From the sequence record LC788710.1: a DNA stretch of 64,000 bases; one strand, written 5' to 3'. The notes below the pieces were generated by a model. The model was not told the DNA's origin, did not search any database, and saw only the letters and a list, made by a program, of their open reading frames with translations. Within the stretch, counting starts at the first letter, position 1; every line of letters begins with the position of its first letter. The translations under genes and the position numbers were made by a program. Source of the stretch: Escherichia coli phage Wa28. This document shows, piece by piece, positions 33,184 through 42,739 of this stretch.

Positions 33184-35514
33184 TTATAGGTTACAACCAC
33201 CGGATGCACAACCTGCTGCTTCTTCACCAGCTCCACCACCATTTTCAGTGTTGAAGTTAGCGTAGTACCAAGTTTTCCAACCATACTTAACAGCAGTCAT
33301 GAAGTCACGAACTACTACTGGGCCAGGAATAATTTCATTCTCAAACTTGGTGTAGTCATAGTACATATTCGTACTTATAGACTGACTGAAGAATTTCTGC
33401 ATGGTTGCTACCCATTTGATCCACTCGATACGATCTACATCATAAGCCAGTTTATAGCTCATTAATGTATCCCAATCAGTTGCACCTGGAGCAATTGCAA
33501 TTACTTTATTCACTGCACTACCCTTGATAGATACAATCTTACGAGGCGGTTCAATAGAGTTAGTAACACCTAGCAGTACAGAGGAACTTTCACCCGGCAT
33601 CTGAGCAGTCAGAACGGAGTTACGCATACCATATTTCAGGATATCTGCACGCAGAGATTCCCAATCCATTTCTAGATCAACAGTTACCAGTTCATCAACA
33701 GTTTTCTTGTACGTGTCGATTACCAGAGTCCCTTTGGATGGCTTAGTACGATTAAACCAGTCACATGCACCTTGTTCTTTAGCCAGACGTACAGAGGCTT
33801 TGTGCAGGAAGTAGGACAGCTTCTCAGCTTCACGGTGAATCCAGTTACGGGCTTCAACACCTTCATAAGCCAAACCTTCTGCTGCCATTGCACCTGCTGC
33901 ATTCATCAGACCAATACCAACGTTACGACGTTTCTTAGCCGTGTATTCCATGGTTGGGAATGGATAATCCTGAATCTCGATGATTGTATCAACGAATTTC
34001 AGAAGGATGTAGCAAGTTTTCTCCCATTCAGCCAGAGATTCCATGCGACCTAGTACAACACCACCTAAGTTACACAGAGATACTTCACCAATGTCCTCTG
34101 GACGCATATCGTCTAACTGATCTTGGGTCTTATACAGTTCCGTAATGTGATGGAATGGACGGGTTGGCTGAGTAATTTCAACACAAAGGTTGGTCATACG
34201 AATCGGGTCAAGGAAGTTACCATGACGGTTAGATTCACCAATGTGATGAGCATACATACGCCCTGTTTCCATACGGATACGTAACCAAGTATCTAGGATT
34301 TCTTTTGCAGAGATTCTAGGAGCTGCTGGAATTGTTTTTCCTTCGTGGTCGATCTTTGTAAGAGATGCCACACGTTTCTCCGCTGCCACGTAGATTTCTT
34401 CAAACTTAGCCTCATCTTCATCATAAAACGCTTCATGAACTTCTGGTGCGTAGAAGTAGGACATTAGCGTAATATCTTCGTTTTTCAGGTAACGTTTTAA
34501 CAGAAGGTTGTTAAAGCTCAGAGAGTAATCCATTTTATCGATTTTATTCTCGTCTGTAGCACGTTGTTGTTTAACCTGCATCAATTGAATGATTTCAGGA
34601 TCGAAGTATGGATAAGACACAGTAGCAGAACCGCCACGGGTTTGCTGAGTGTTAGCTTTTACTGAACGGTCAATGTGTCGATAATATGGCAGTTTTCCGG
34701 AATGCGGGAATGCCCCATTTCGCACCGGATCAGCAATTGATCGGCTTTCAAGATGATACCCGATTCCCGCTCGGGCTGCGACCATTTTGAAGACGATATG
34801 CTCGGCTGTGTCGATTGAATCGAGGGTATCAGTACTATCAACAAGACAACAAGAAGCAAAACCGCGGTCGCTGCTCCTAAGACCCACGAGAGGTGGAGTC
34901 GGCACGTTGATTTTATGGAGTGACATTGCGTTGTAGAGGTCGATTGCATCGAGAATTGTCCAGTTAGGTTGAGATAACATCGCCATTGCCATACCCATAT
35001 AGGCAAACTGCGGGGTTTCATAAATTTCACCAGTTGCAATATTACGACGAGAATACTTGTCGAAGAACTGTTTCAGTCCACCACTGGTGAATAAACGATC
35101 ACGATCATGATCAATAACTTGGTTCAGAGCGTCAAACTGATCATCGCTAATCCATGCACTCATGTCTTCCCAAGCGCCTGCACGAACCATATGATCGTGG
35201 AAGAAACGCAGAGAAGGAGGTTCAAAGGAATCATATAGGCGTTTACGCATCTGCGCAAGACGTAATTCCTTTGCTACAGTATCATATGCTGGGTTGTCTT
35301 TGATAAGACCTTCAGCGGCTTTAATTAACACATCTTGGAGTGTATCGGAGTCTACAACACCTTTGGGTAGATTTTTCAGGGCAGCCATAACTACGGCAGA
35401 CCAACTTACGTCAGTATCTTTACATGCCCATGCAGCCCAATCATTGAGTTTTTCAGGAGCAAAGTCCTGAACAGTACCGTCACGTTTAATTACTTTTTCG
35501 ATGCGATGGCTCAT
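33184..35514 (-). CDS. nrdA: ribonucleotide reductase class Ia alpha subunit; start moved to second Met
   Basis: Strong similarity to NrdA including FASCCLVDSTDTLDSI active-site region; ATG at 35512-35514 with AAGGAAA SD; track start at 35574 lies inside the promoter. Confidence 0.85.
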   Translation of the reverse strand: MSHRIEKVIKRDGTVQDFAPEKLNDWAAWACKDTDVSWSAVVMAALKNLPKGVVDSDTLQDVLIKAAEGLIKDNPAYDTVAKELRLAQMRKRLYDSFEPPSLRFFHDHMVRAGAWEDMSAWISDDQFDALNQVIDHDRDRLFTSGGLKQFFDKYSRRNIATGEIYETPQFAYMGMAMAMLSQPNWTILDAIDLYNAMSLHKINVPTPPLVGLRSSDRGFASCCLVDSTDTLDSIDTAEHIVFKMVAARAGIGYHLESRSIADPVRNGAFPHSGKLPYYRHIDRSVKANTQQTRGGSATVSYPYFDPEIIQLMQVKQQRATDENKIDKMDYSLSFNNLLLKRYLKNEDITLMSYFYAPEVHEAFYDEDEAKFEEIYVAAEKRVASLTKIDHEGKTIPAAPRISAKEILDTWLRIRMETGRMYAHHIGESNRHGNFLDPIRMTNLCVEITQPTRPFHHITELYKTQDQLDDMRPEDIGEVSLCNLGGVVLGRMESLAEWEKTCYILLKFVDTIIEIQDYPFPTMEYTAKKRRNVGIGLMNAAGAMAAEGLAYEGVEARNWIHREAEKLSYFLHKASVRLAKEQGACDWFNRTKPSKGTLVIDTYKKTVDELVTVDLEMDWESLRADILKYGMRNSVLTAQMPGESSSVLLGVTNSIEPPRKIVSIKGSAVNKVIAIAPGATDWDTLMSYKLAYDVDRIEWIKWVATMQKFFSQSISTNMYYDYTKFENEIIPGPVVVRDFMTAVKYGWKTWYYANFNTENGGGAGEEAAGCASGGCNL

Positions 35515-35550
35515 TTGGCTTTCCTTTTTGTAGTTATCAGGATTTAGGAA

Positions 35551-35579
35551 ATATTCTACTTTGTTTTGGGTCATTTTGC
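35551..35579 (-). promoter_or_regulatory. nrdA promoter (-35 TTGCAA, 17 bp, -10 TAGAAT)
   Basis: Reverse complement gives TTGCAA-N17-TAGAAT. Confidence 0.5.
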
Positions 35580-35589
35580 AAGTACAATT

Positions 35590-35630
35590 TTACAGATAAA
35601 AAGAGCCCGGATATTTTCATACCCAGGCTC
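35590..35630 (-). terminator. rho-independent terminator
   Basis: GAGCCCGG...CCAGGCTC hairpin followed on minus strand by CTTTTTATCTG. Confidence 0.5.
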
Positions 35631-35637
35631 GTCTGTC

Positions 35638-35880
35638 TTACCATTTAAGTTTATCGGTCATATCAGTTAGTTTCTGTCGTATTTCCTTAGCCATAAGAAT
35701 GTCTATAGAAGTACTCAGTTCATTATAGTTGAAAGGCCGATTTGGATTAGAGGCTACAATTTTCCACGCTAGGGTAGTCTTAGGACTTTCTTCTCCTTCC
35801 TTACGTGTAATCATATTAGCAGCACTCAATGAAGTACGGTGGATCTTAGTTTTGCGGTGCAGATGTACGACGTTTTCCAT
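35638..35880 (-). CDS. hypothetical protein
   Basis: ORF track 80 aa. Confidence 0.4.
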   Translation of the reverse strand: MENVVHLHRKTKIHRTSLSAANMITRKEGEESPKTTLAWKIVASNPNRPFNYNELSTSIDILMAKEIRQKLTDMTDKLKW

Positions 35881-35881
35881 A

Positions 35882-36643
35882 TTACACCTTCCCCATATCC
35901 TTAAAGATATCGTAGAATGCTTTAGACTCTGGTGAGCGAACGTTGTCGATCAGTTCGATCATAGAGAAAGGAGAGTTTTCGTACTTCTCATAGACTTCCA
36001 TAAGAAGTGCTAGACCTGAATCACCCTTGATGTCTTTCTGAGCTATATCTCCACAGATAATTAGACGACAATCTTGTCCGACACGAGTCAAGAGACAGAT
36101 CATTGCTTCAACGGAGATATTCTGAGCTTCATCGACAATTACATAGGAGTTGTTGAAAGTTCGGCCACGGGCATGTTCGATAGCCAGGAATTTAATTTTC
36201 TGACGTTCGACATATCCTTTGTAGGCGTGATCACCGATTGCCCATTTCATGCCATCGGCTATTGGTTCCAACCAAGGCTCTAGCTTTTCTGCCAGATCAC
36301 CTGGGAGCATACCAAGAGATTTACCTAGAGGTTCGTTTGGACGCACGAGGATCACTTGCTCAATATCTGAGTGAATGTCTACGAGTTCCTGAGCTGCAAG
36401 AACGGATGGAATAAAGGTTTTACCAGTACCTGGCTCACCAATACCCACAGTCACTGTGTTGTTCTTGATCATATTGATATATGATTTTTGCTCACGGTTT
36501 TTACCAACTAGGGATTTAGCAACTGGATTGGCGTAATCACCAGAGAAATCTGCTTGAATTACGTTACTCTCGTACTTGTTGCCACGCTTTCTTGAACCAT
36601 TGCGGTTCTCTCTTTTTTGACGTGCTTTTCCCATAAATAACAC
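35882..36643 (-). CDS. phoH: PhoH-like ATPase
   Basis: 253 aa; Walker A GEPGTGKT and Walker B VIVDEAQN. Confidence 0.8.
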   Translation of the reverse strand: MLFMGKARQKRENRNGSRKRGNKYESNVIQADFSGDYANPVAKSLVGKNREQKSYINMIKNNTVTVGIGEPGTGKTFIPSVLAAQELVDIHSDIEQVILVRPNEPLGKSLGMLPGDLAEKLEPWLEPIADGMKWAIGDHAYKGYVERQKIKFLAIEHARGRTFNNSYVIVDEAQNISVEAMICLLTRVGQDCRLIICGDIAQKDIKGDSGLALLMEVYEKYENSPFSMIELIDNVRSPESKAFYDIFKDMGKV

Positions 36644-36707
36644 TCCTATAGTGTACTTCGCTAACAGAGGATCAACAAAAAGATCTTGTTTATCAACTTA
36701 CAAATAT

Positions 36708-36736
36708 ATTATACCAATATATGCGGGAGAAAGCAA
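36708..36736 (-). promoter_or_regulatory. early promoter for phoH (minus-strand side of divergent region)
   Basis: Conserved module. Confidence 0.6.
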
Positions 36737-36928
36737 CTACAATTTTAAATAAGCCTATGATATTGCATTTAAATAAAAAATTTGCTTGCTTTTATTGGGA
36801 GATGTATGGTACTAGATAATCATTTTATATCGCGTACACGGGTGCGTGATTATACTATTTTTAGTAGAGGTTGGCAAATAAAATTTTTTGACTCAGATCA
36901 ATTTACAGAATGTTATAGTAAAATATTG

Positions 36929-36957
36929 TTGACATCCGCCTTCGAATGAGTTATAAT
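36929..36957 (+). promoter_or_regulatory. consensus sigma70 promoter for nrdD (TTGACA-17bp-TATAAT)
   Basis: TTGACA at 36929-36934, TATAAT at 36952-36957, AGGAGGG SD before ATG 36987. Confidence 0.7.
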
Positions 36958-36986
36958 AGTAGTCTTAGTTAGAGAAGGAGGGTATA

Positions 36987-38861
36987 ATGAATCGCAATGA
37001 AGAACTAAAGTATAAAGGAATGCAGTCCTTGATTCGAAACTGCAAAGAAATTATCGAAGGTTCAGCAGATGAAGAGCTGCTGTTTAATAATGCCAATAAG
37101 CCCTCAGAACGTTTCCCTACACAAAGGGATATGCTTGCAGGGGAATTGAGTAAATATCTGATTCTGGAAGAAATGCCGATCCAGATTCGAAATGCTCACA
37201 TGATTGGTGATATTCACTTCCATGATGCTGATTACGCTGCGTTAGGTATGACTAACTGTTGCCTGGTTGCTTTGGAAGATATGTTGAAGAATGGTATGAA
37301 GGTTGGTAATGCTGAAATCAGTACGCCAAACTCTATCACTACTGCGGCTGCTATTACAGCTCAGATTATCACTCAGGTTAGCTCACACCAATATGGTGGT
37401 ACTTCTGTAGACCGATTAGATGAAGTATTGGCTCCTTATGTTCGTAAGTCTTATGATAAGAATCATGCGTTTGCAAAACGTTGGACTAAGGATGAAGCCA
37501 AAGCATCTGTAATGGCTACGGAAATGACTGAGAAAGAAGTTTACGATGCCTGCCAGGGTCTAGAGTACGAAATCAATACGATGTTCAACTCTAATGGTCA
37601 GAGTCCATTTATTACCTTTGGTTTCGGTTTAGGAACTTCTTGGGAAGCACGTCTTGTACAGAAAGCAATCTTAGAAGTGCGTATGGATGGTTTGGGTATC
37701 AATAAACGTACTGCTATCTTCCCTAAACTGGTATTTGTTCTACGTGACGGCGTAAACATGAAACCTGGCGATGTTAACTATGATATCAAGAAGTTAGCTA
37801 TGAAGTGTACTGCTGAACGTATGTATCCGGACTATATCAGCTATGATAAGGTTGTAGAAGTTACGGGGGACTACAAAGTCTCTATGGGCTGTCGTTCATT
37901 CCTGGCTGCTGCGGAAGATGGTGAAACTTCTGGTCGTAACAACTTAGGCGTTGTTTCCGTAAACCTTCCTCGAATCGCTATCGAAGCGGAAGGAAATATT
38001 GATCTATTCTTCGATCTGCTTGAGCTGCGTGTGGATACCGCGTTAAAAGCATTGGAGTGGAGGGTTGATCGCTTAAAATACATTCAAGCTAAAGCTGCGC
38101 CCATCCTCTATATGTCAGGAGCCTTTGGATTACGTCTGGGGCCAGATGAATATGTATTTGATCATTTCTACAAGCGTGCTTCTGTATCCCTAGGATATAT
38201 TGGCTGCCACGAAATGTTGCAGCTCATGTTTGGTAAAGATGTAGATACAATGTCTGAGTCTTGTATCAAGTTCGTTCAACGTGTGCTACAATACATGCGT
38301 GATCGTGCTGATCAGAAGAAGGAAGAGACTCAATTAGGGTATAGTCTGTATGCTACACCATCTGAATCTCTATGTGATCGCTTCTGTCGCCTAGACCGTG
38401 AGTATTTCCCAGAGCATGAAGATATTCTGGCTAAAGGATATTACACTAATTCCCATCACCTTGATGTAGAACGTAAGGTTGCTCCAAATGTGAAGTTTGA
38501 TTATGAGTCTAACTTTACTCCTATTGCTTCTGGTGGGTGCATTTCCTATGTGGAATTACCTGATATGAAACGATTCCCTGATGCATTGGAATGGGTTATT
38601 AACTATGCTGCAAGTAAAGTTCATTACTTCGGTATTAATACTCCAGTAGACTCTTGTGGGGAATGCGGGTTCTTGGGTGAAACTATAGCTTCTGAGGATG
38701 GTTTCAAATGTCCAATTTGTGGCAATCATGATCCTGAGACTCTTGAGGTAACTCGTCGAGTTTGTGGATATCTTGGAAATCCAGGTGCTCGTCCGTTTAA
38801 CCCAGGTAAACAACATGAGGTTATGGGTCGAGTGAAACATCAAGACATTCGCGCTAAATAA
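36987..38861 (+). CDS. nrdD: anaerobic ribonucleoside-triphosphate reductase (class III)
   Basis: 624 aa; C-terminal CPICGNHD zinc site and RRVCGYLG glycyl radical motif. Confidence 0.85.
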   Translation: MNRNEELKYKGMQSLIRNCKEIIEGSADEELLFNNANKPSERFPTQRDMLAGELSKYLILEEMPIQIRNAHMIGDIHFHDADYAALGMTNCCLVALEDMLKNGMKVGNAEISTPNSITTAAAITAQIITQVSSHQYGGTSVDRLDEVLAPYVRKSYDKNHAFAKRWTKDEAKASVMATEMTEKEVYDACQGLEYEINTMFNSNGQSPFITFGFGLGTSWEARLVQKAILEVRMDGLGINKRTAIFPKLVFVLRDGVNMKPGDVNYDIKKLAMKCTAERMYPDYISYDKVVEVTGDYKVSMGCRSFLAAAEDGETSGRNNLGVVSVNLPRIAIEAEGNIDLFFDLLELRVDTALKALEWRVDRLKYIQAKAAPILYMSGAFGLRLGPDEYVFDHFYKRASVSLGYIGCHEMLQLMFGKDVDTMSESCIKFVQRVLQYMRDRADQKKEETQLGYSLYATPSESLCDRFCRLDREYFPEHEDILAKGYYTNSHHLDVERKVAPNVKFDYESNFTPIASGGCISYVELPDMKRFPDALEWVINYAASKVHYFGINTPVDSCGECGFLGETIASEDGFKCPICGNHDPETLEVTRRVCGYLGNPGARPFNPGKQHEVMGRVKHQDIRAK

Positions 38862-38867
38862 TGAATC

Positions 38868-38899
38868 AGCCAGGTTGCTAGTCGACCTGGCTTTTATTT
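38868..38899 (+). terminator. rho-independent terminator
   Basis: GCCAGGT..ACCTGGC hairpin then TTTTATTTT. Confidence 0.6.
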
Positions 38900-38902
38900 T
38901 AT

Positions 38903-38931
38903 TTGCTTTCGAGCTAAAACTTATGTATAAT
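38903..38931 (+). promoter_or_regulatory. early promoter (TTGCTT-17bp-TATAAT)
   Basis: Followed by conserved ATTTATAAATTTGAGAGGAG and ATG. Confidence 0.65.
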
Positions 38932-38959
38932 TGATTTATAAATTTGAGAGGAGAAAGCT

Positions 38960-39241
38960 ATGAGCGAATTGCTTCCGAAAGTAGATGTTTCCCATCTTGT
39001 AGAGCCTAGTGAAGAACGTAAGGCTCTAGATTGGTTGGGCGGATTTGATTATCGTCGTGTTGTTGCAACATGGAATGATAAGAAAGTTAAGAAGTTTCGG
39101 GTACATTATGTAGGTAAAGACAAGTGGCTCTGGATTGATTATGAAGAATCGAAGGGGTCTACTAAGGCTGTGAAAATTTATCGTATGTATGGGTATTATT
39201 ATGCTCACTGTGATAAGAATGAATTTACAGTACAGAACTAA
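38960..39241 (+). CDS. hypothetical protein
   Basis: ORF track 93 aa. Confidence 0.5.
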   Translation: MSELLPKVDVSHLVEPSEERKALDWLGGFDYRRVVATWNDKKVKKFRVHYVGKDKWLWIDYEESKGSTKAVKIYRMYGYYYAHCDKNEFTVQN

Positions 39242-39250
39242 GGAACAAGA

Positions 39251-39454
39251 ATGAAAAACGTAAAACATCTTAAATATCGCTTAATTTACAACGGACGTAT
39301 GGAAACAGAAGATCTAGCTCAGCTAGCGATCAATTCAGATGAAGTTACAGTTCGTGCTTTGTCCATCGAGAAGCTGCGTGCTTCTTACGAAAATCGTATT
39401 ATGGAATTGGAGGAAAAACTTTATGGACTTCTTGAATCAGAATCTAAAAAGTAA
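39251..39454 (+). CDS. hypothetical small protein
   Basis: ORF track 67 aa. Confidence 0.45.
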   Translation: MKNVKHLKYRLIYNGRMETEDLAQLAINSDEVTVRALSIEKLRASYENRIMELEEKLYGLLESESKK

Positions 39455-39617
39455 TTTAGAAAATATGCTTATGGAGCAGTGGAATGCTGGGTATAATGCT
39501 GGAGTAGCTACCTGTATTGCTGGTTTGGATATGCTTATTAAGCAAGAGAAGGTTCGCCCAGAAGAAGCAATTCTGCTCCAAAATATCATCGAAGGATTCA
39601 AGCAAGGAATCGTATAA
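39423..39617 (+). CDS. hypothetical small protein (start uncertain; track gives 39339)
   Basis: In-frame ATG at 39423 limits overlap with upstream ORF. Confidence 0.35.
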   Translation: MDFLNQNLKSNLENMLMEQWNAGYNAGVATCIAGLDMLIKQEKVRPEEAILLQNIIEGFKQGIV

Positions 39618-40468
39618 TGCGTAGACTAATCGTTGTTAGTGGTGCAGGTTTGAGTGTAGATAGTGGTGTTCGTGCTTTCCGTACTGATACTGCTAGTGGG
39701 AAATCCTTATGGGATGAGTACGATCTAGAGGAAGTATGTAGCTTGCCTAACTTTGAAGCTGGCTTCCGTCGCTTCTGTGGTGAAGATGATCCTAACTACT
39801 TCAGTGCTCGTTTCCCTGGCATTGATGAAGATGGTAACGATCTGTATCTCAAGACTCATGAGTTCTACAACATGCGTCGTCAGGAATTACAGACTGTTGA
39901 GCCTAACATTGCCCATCTGCGAATTGCAGAATGGTTCCAGCGTTATGGTGCGGATAGCGTGAAGAACTTCACTACTAACGTTGATGACCTTCTGGAACGT
40001 GCTGGTATCCCTCGTGATGAAATCATTCACGCTCACGGGTACTTGAAAGAGGTGATCTATCGTCAGGGTCGCAACCAAATCATTGAAGATGTTGGGTATA
40101 CTGCGATTGCCCCTGAGGATTACGAATGGGTAAAACCAAACGTAACATTCTTTGGTGAGACGGCTCCGTGGTATATGGGTCAGATTAACCTGTTTGATAC
40201 ACTTACTAGCAATGATATGGTTATTGTAGTAGGTTGTAGCAACCAAGTAATCGACTTCAACTGGGAGCTATTTCCTGCTGTATGTCGTGGAACTAAGATG
40301 ATGGTTGTTAACCCACAAGTTCGTTATGACGAACAGCTTGAGTATGAGAAACGTGGTGTTACTGTATGGCGTGCTGGAGCTGCCGAAGTTTTTGGTAATA
40401 AACACTTTATTGATCAAGTTGAAGCTTTTATGGAGGGAAATATTTATGTCCCAGAAAAGCATGTGTGA
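39617..40468 (+). CDS. Sir2-family (sirtuin-like) NAD-dependent protein
   Basis: 283 aa; N-terminal VVSGAGLSVDSGVRAFRT matches the sirtuin GAGIS...G...FR NAD-binding motif. Confidence 0.6.
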   Translation: MRRLIVVSGAGLSVDSGVRAFRTDTASGKSLWDEYDLEEVCSLPNFEAGFRRFCGEDDPNYFSARFPGIDEDGNDLYLKTHEFYNMRRQELQTVEPNIAHLRIAEWFQRYGADSVKNFTTNVDDLLERAGIPRDEIIHAHGYLKEVIYRQGRNQIIEDVGYTAIAPEDYEWVKPNVTFFGETAPWYMGQINLFDTLTSNDMVIVVGCSNQVIDFNWELFPAVCRGTKMMVVNPQVRYDEQLEYEKRGVTVWRAGAAEVFGNKHFIDQVEAFMEGNIYVPEKHV

Positions 40469-40628
40469 TCTTTTAGTATGGCCAGACGGTAGTTGGTGCT
40501 ACCGTTTCGAATTTGCTACTGATGACTTCTCATGGAAGAGTGATGATTTCTGCGTTATCTATGAGGATACAGCAGAATGGAAAGAGTTCCTTATTAAGGA
40601 GGGAGAATATGGTGAAGAAGATTTTTAA
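40446..40628 (+). CDS. hypothetical small protein
   Basis: ATG at 40446 with GGAGGG SD; 60 aa. Confidence 0.3.
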   Translation: MSQKSMCDLLVWPDGSWCYRFEFATDDFSWKSDDFCVIYEDTAEWKEFLIKEGEYGEEDF

Positions 40629-40794
40629 GGGTATCTGGAAAGGTCTAGTATGGTTTGTTAACCTAATCGGTATGATTACCATTTATTCTCTGTTCCTATC
40701 TGTTATGTGGGGTAAAGGTGAGCTGAAGGTTCCAATTCCTTTTACTGATGAAGTTAAAGTCTGGACGTGGGATGCTACTGGTGGAAATAAGTAA
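40609..40794 (+). CDS. small membrane protein
   Basis: ATG at 40609 with AAGGAGGG SD; hydrophobic helix. Confidence 0.35.
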   Translation: MVKKIFKGIWKGLVWFVNLIGMITIYSLFLSVMWGKGELKVPIPFTDEVKVWTWDATGGNK

Positions 40795-41287
40795 TACTCC
40801 TATAATTTTTCTGGATATTGATGGAGTGCTCAATTCGAGCATCTCTCACCATCATGCTCCAGATAGTGAAAAGCTATTCTTTGGTAGTGATTGGGTTTAT
40901 AAGCCCTTACTCCAGGCTTTTCAGAACTTCCTTAAACCTTCTCCAATAATGATTGTTGGGGTATCTTCGTGGTTTTCTGTACGAAACGAGATGGAGAACG
41001 TCCAGATTATGACCGGACTCGGTTTGATCGATCGTTTTCTTGGTACTACAGATTTTACTGGAGGTGGTTTATATCGAGGTAATTCTGTCTTACGTTTCGT
41101 AGAAAAACATAAGCTCAAGCATTGGTGCGTCCTAGATGATGCTGGTGCTATGATGTACCAATTTCCTACTGTTATTGTAAATGGCAGGAATGGAATAAAC
41201 CTTCAAGATTTAAATGCTATAAGCTATATGCTGGAATTTAGTCCAGATCTTGAAATGTGTAAGGCTCTTCAGAAACTTAAGGTATAA
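40772..41287 (+). CDS. HAD-superfamily phosphatase-like protein (start uncertain; track gives 40748)
   Basis: N-terminal IIFLDIDGVLN matches HAD motif I (DxDG). Confidence 0.5.
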   Translation: MLLVEISNTPIIFLDIDGVLNSSISHHHAPDSEKLFFGSDWVYKPLLQAFQNFLKPSPIMIVGVSSWFSVRNEMENVQIMTGLGLIDRFLGTTDFTGGGLYRGNSVLRFVEKHKLKHWCVLDDAGAMMYQFPTVIVNGRNGINLQDLNAISYMLEFSPDLEMCKALQKLKV

Positions 41288-41289
41288 GC

Positions 41290-41718
41290 ATGTTCAATAA
41301 TATTTTCATGAAAGAGGTAAATCCTATGCTCCTCAACTTCTGGCGTTCTCTCCCTAATGGTATGTACAATGAAACCATCAATCTGCTTAAGATTTGGTGT
41401 GAGAATAACGATATCTTCCTGTCTTTTAAAGGCCCACTAGAGGAAGCTCCGTGTATTGGAGTTAGCGTGGATTTAGGGGAGGGAGTAGAAGAAATTGTAG
41501 ACTGGAAAGAACTCGATGAAATGGGTCTGGTTTTTGCCTTGAACCATAAGCTGTTTATGCCTGCAAATCACCGTCTTATTGTAAACTATCGCACTGGTGA
41601 AGCTCCTGCTTTCCAGGTAAATGAACGTGAGGGCTGGTCATATTCGCCCGAAGAAGTAAATGAGGGGATTCAGAAACTTCGTCGTTTCGGGTATATGATC
41701 CCAGGTTTAACTGCTTAA
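41290..41718 (+). CDS. hypothetical acidic protein (paralog A)
   Basis: 142 aa; shares WxELxxMGLxxALN ... GE(A/S)P ... PGL pattern with the next ORF. Confidence 0.5.
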   Translation: MFNNIFMKEVNPMLLNFWRSLPNGMYNETINLLKIWCENNDIFLSFKGPLEEAPCIGVSVDLGEGVEEIVDWKELDEMGLVFALNHKLFMPANHRLIVNYRTGEAPAFQVNEREGWSYSPEEVNEGIQKLRRFGYMIPGLTA

Positions 41719-41727
41719 GGAGGCAGA

Positions 41728-42123
41728 ATGGAACAAGTATTTTGGCGTCAGATAGATCCTAGTTTGGTAGAGCGTGCTGAAGGGCTCCTTGCACGTTGGT
41801 GGGGGGTTGACAAGGTTAGTGTAACATTTCCGTTTACTTCTGTAACAGACCCTAGTGTAGGTGTCTTTGTGGACGAAGATGAAGATGATGGTTGGGAAGC
41901 TGACTGGAATGAATTGTCCAGTATGGGCTTGATTGTTGCCCTCAACTTCTCTATATTCCACCCACGTGGTTTAGCTATTACACGTGATCCCGAAACCGGT
42001 GAATCCCCTTATCTTTTGCAAGTAGAAGATGATATTTGGGAGTACACCGAAGATATTCTCGAAGAAGCTAAAGGTCAATTAAATCGCATTGGGATCTATG
42101 TTCCAGGCCTAAATGATGATTGA
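41728..42123 (+). CDS. hypothetical acidic protein (paralog B)
   Basis: 131 aa; tandem paralog of 41290-41718. Confidence 0.5.
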   Translation: MEQVFWRQIDPSLVERAEGLLARWWGVDKVSVTFPFTSVTDPSVGVFVDEDEDDGWEADWNELSSMGLIVALNFSIFHPRGLAITRDPETGESPYLLQVEDDIWEYTEDILEEAKGQLNRIGIYVPGLNDD

Positions 42124-42146
42124 TTTTCATTAGTCCAATCCTGATT

Positions 42147-42170
42147 ACCGAGTCATTTTGGCTCGGTTTT
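42147..42170 (+). terminator. rho-independent terminator
   Basis: CCGAGTCATTTTGGCTCGG then TTTT. Confidence 0.6.
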
Positions 42171-42214
42171 CTCTGTGCTCAAAGACACTGATAGCACCTT
42201 CGGAAAAATTTTAC

Positions 42215-42243
42215 TTGCAGGATGGTCAAAATCTTGATATAAT
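42215..42243 (+). promoter_or_regulatory. promoter with extended -10 (TTGCAG-17bp-TGATATAAT)
   Basis: Followed by conserved ATTTATATTGAATTGAGAG start region. Confidence 0.55.
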
Positions 42244-42739
42244 ATTTATATTGAATTGAGAGACATTAGTAAAAATTGATTTTGCTAATTTTTCTTGTTT
42301 ACAATCCGCAATACGGAACAGTTAGGCTGCCCCATTAAGGGTTGTTTTAACTATTACTAGTGTTTATACTGCATTAGTTAATTATCAATTAAGTGATCTG
42401 CGTACCCTGAATTCGGAAAGGTAAATCCAAACCGTGCATATTTAGCTCGTTATATAGGCAGAGCTTTATATGGGGGTGCGAACGAAAAGAGCAGCGAATG
42501 GTGACACGTCCAGTAGCCACCTACCAATAGGATAGTGAGGGCAATCAGAATCGGCTTAGCGGCCAATGACCTAGGTTCTGATCTGGATAAGAGTTAAGAG
42601 AGCGCAGCACTGAGGTATGATAACTTATTCATACTGCTTGATGATGATTAATGTTTGTGTAAATGGTAGTAATAGTTGTTCTATTCTTTTGAATAGTCCT
42701 AAAGAAAGATATTCGAATAACCAACATAGGAGTATTGTT

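Noticed and set aside
33720-35039. Internal ORFs 33720-33902, 33772-34053 and 34659-35039 within nrdA
   Set aside because: Nested in or antisense to nrdA; the largest arises from the GC-rich patch
31417-38861. Group I intron or intein interrupting nrdA, nrdB or nrdD
   Set aside because: All three reading frames are continuous with expected lengths and motifs; only the freestanding HNH gene between nrdB and nrdA is present
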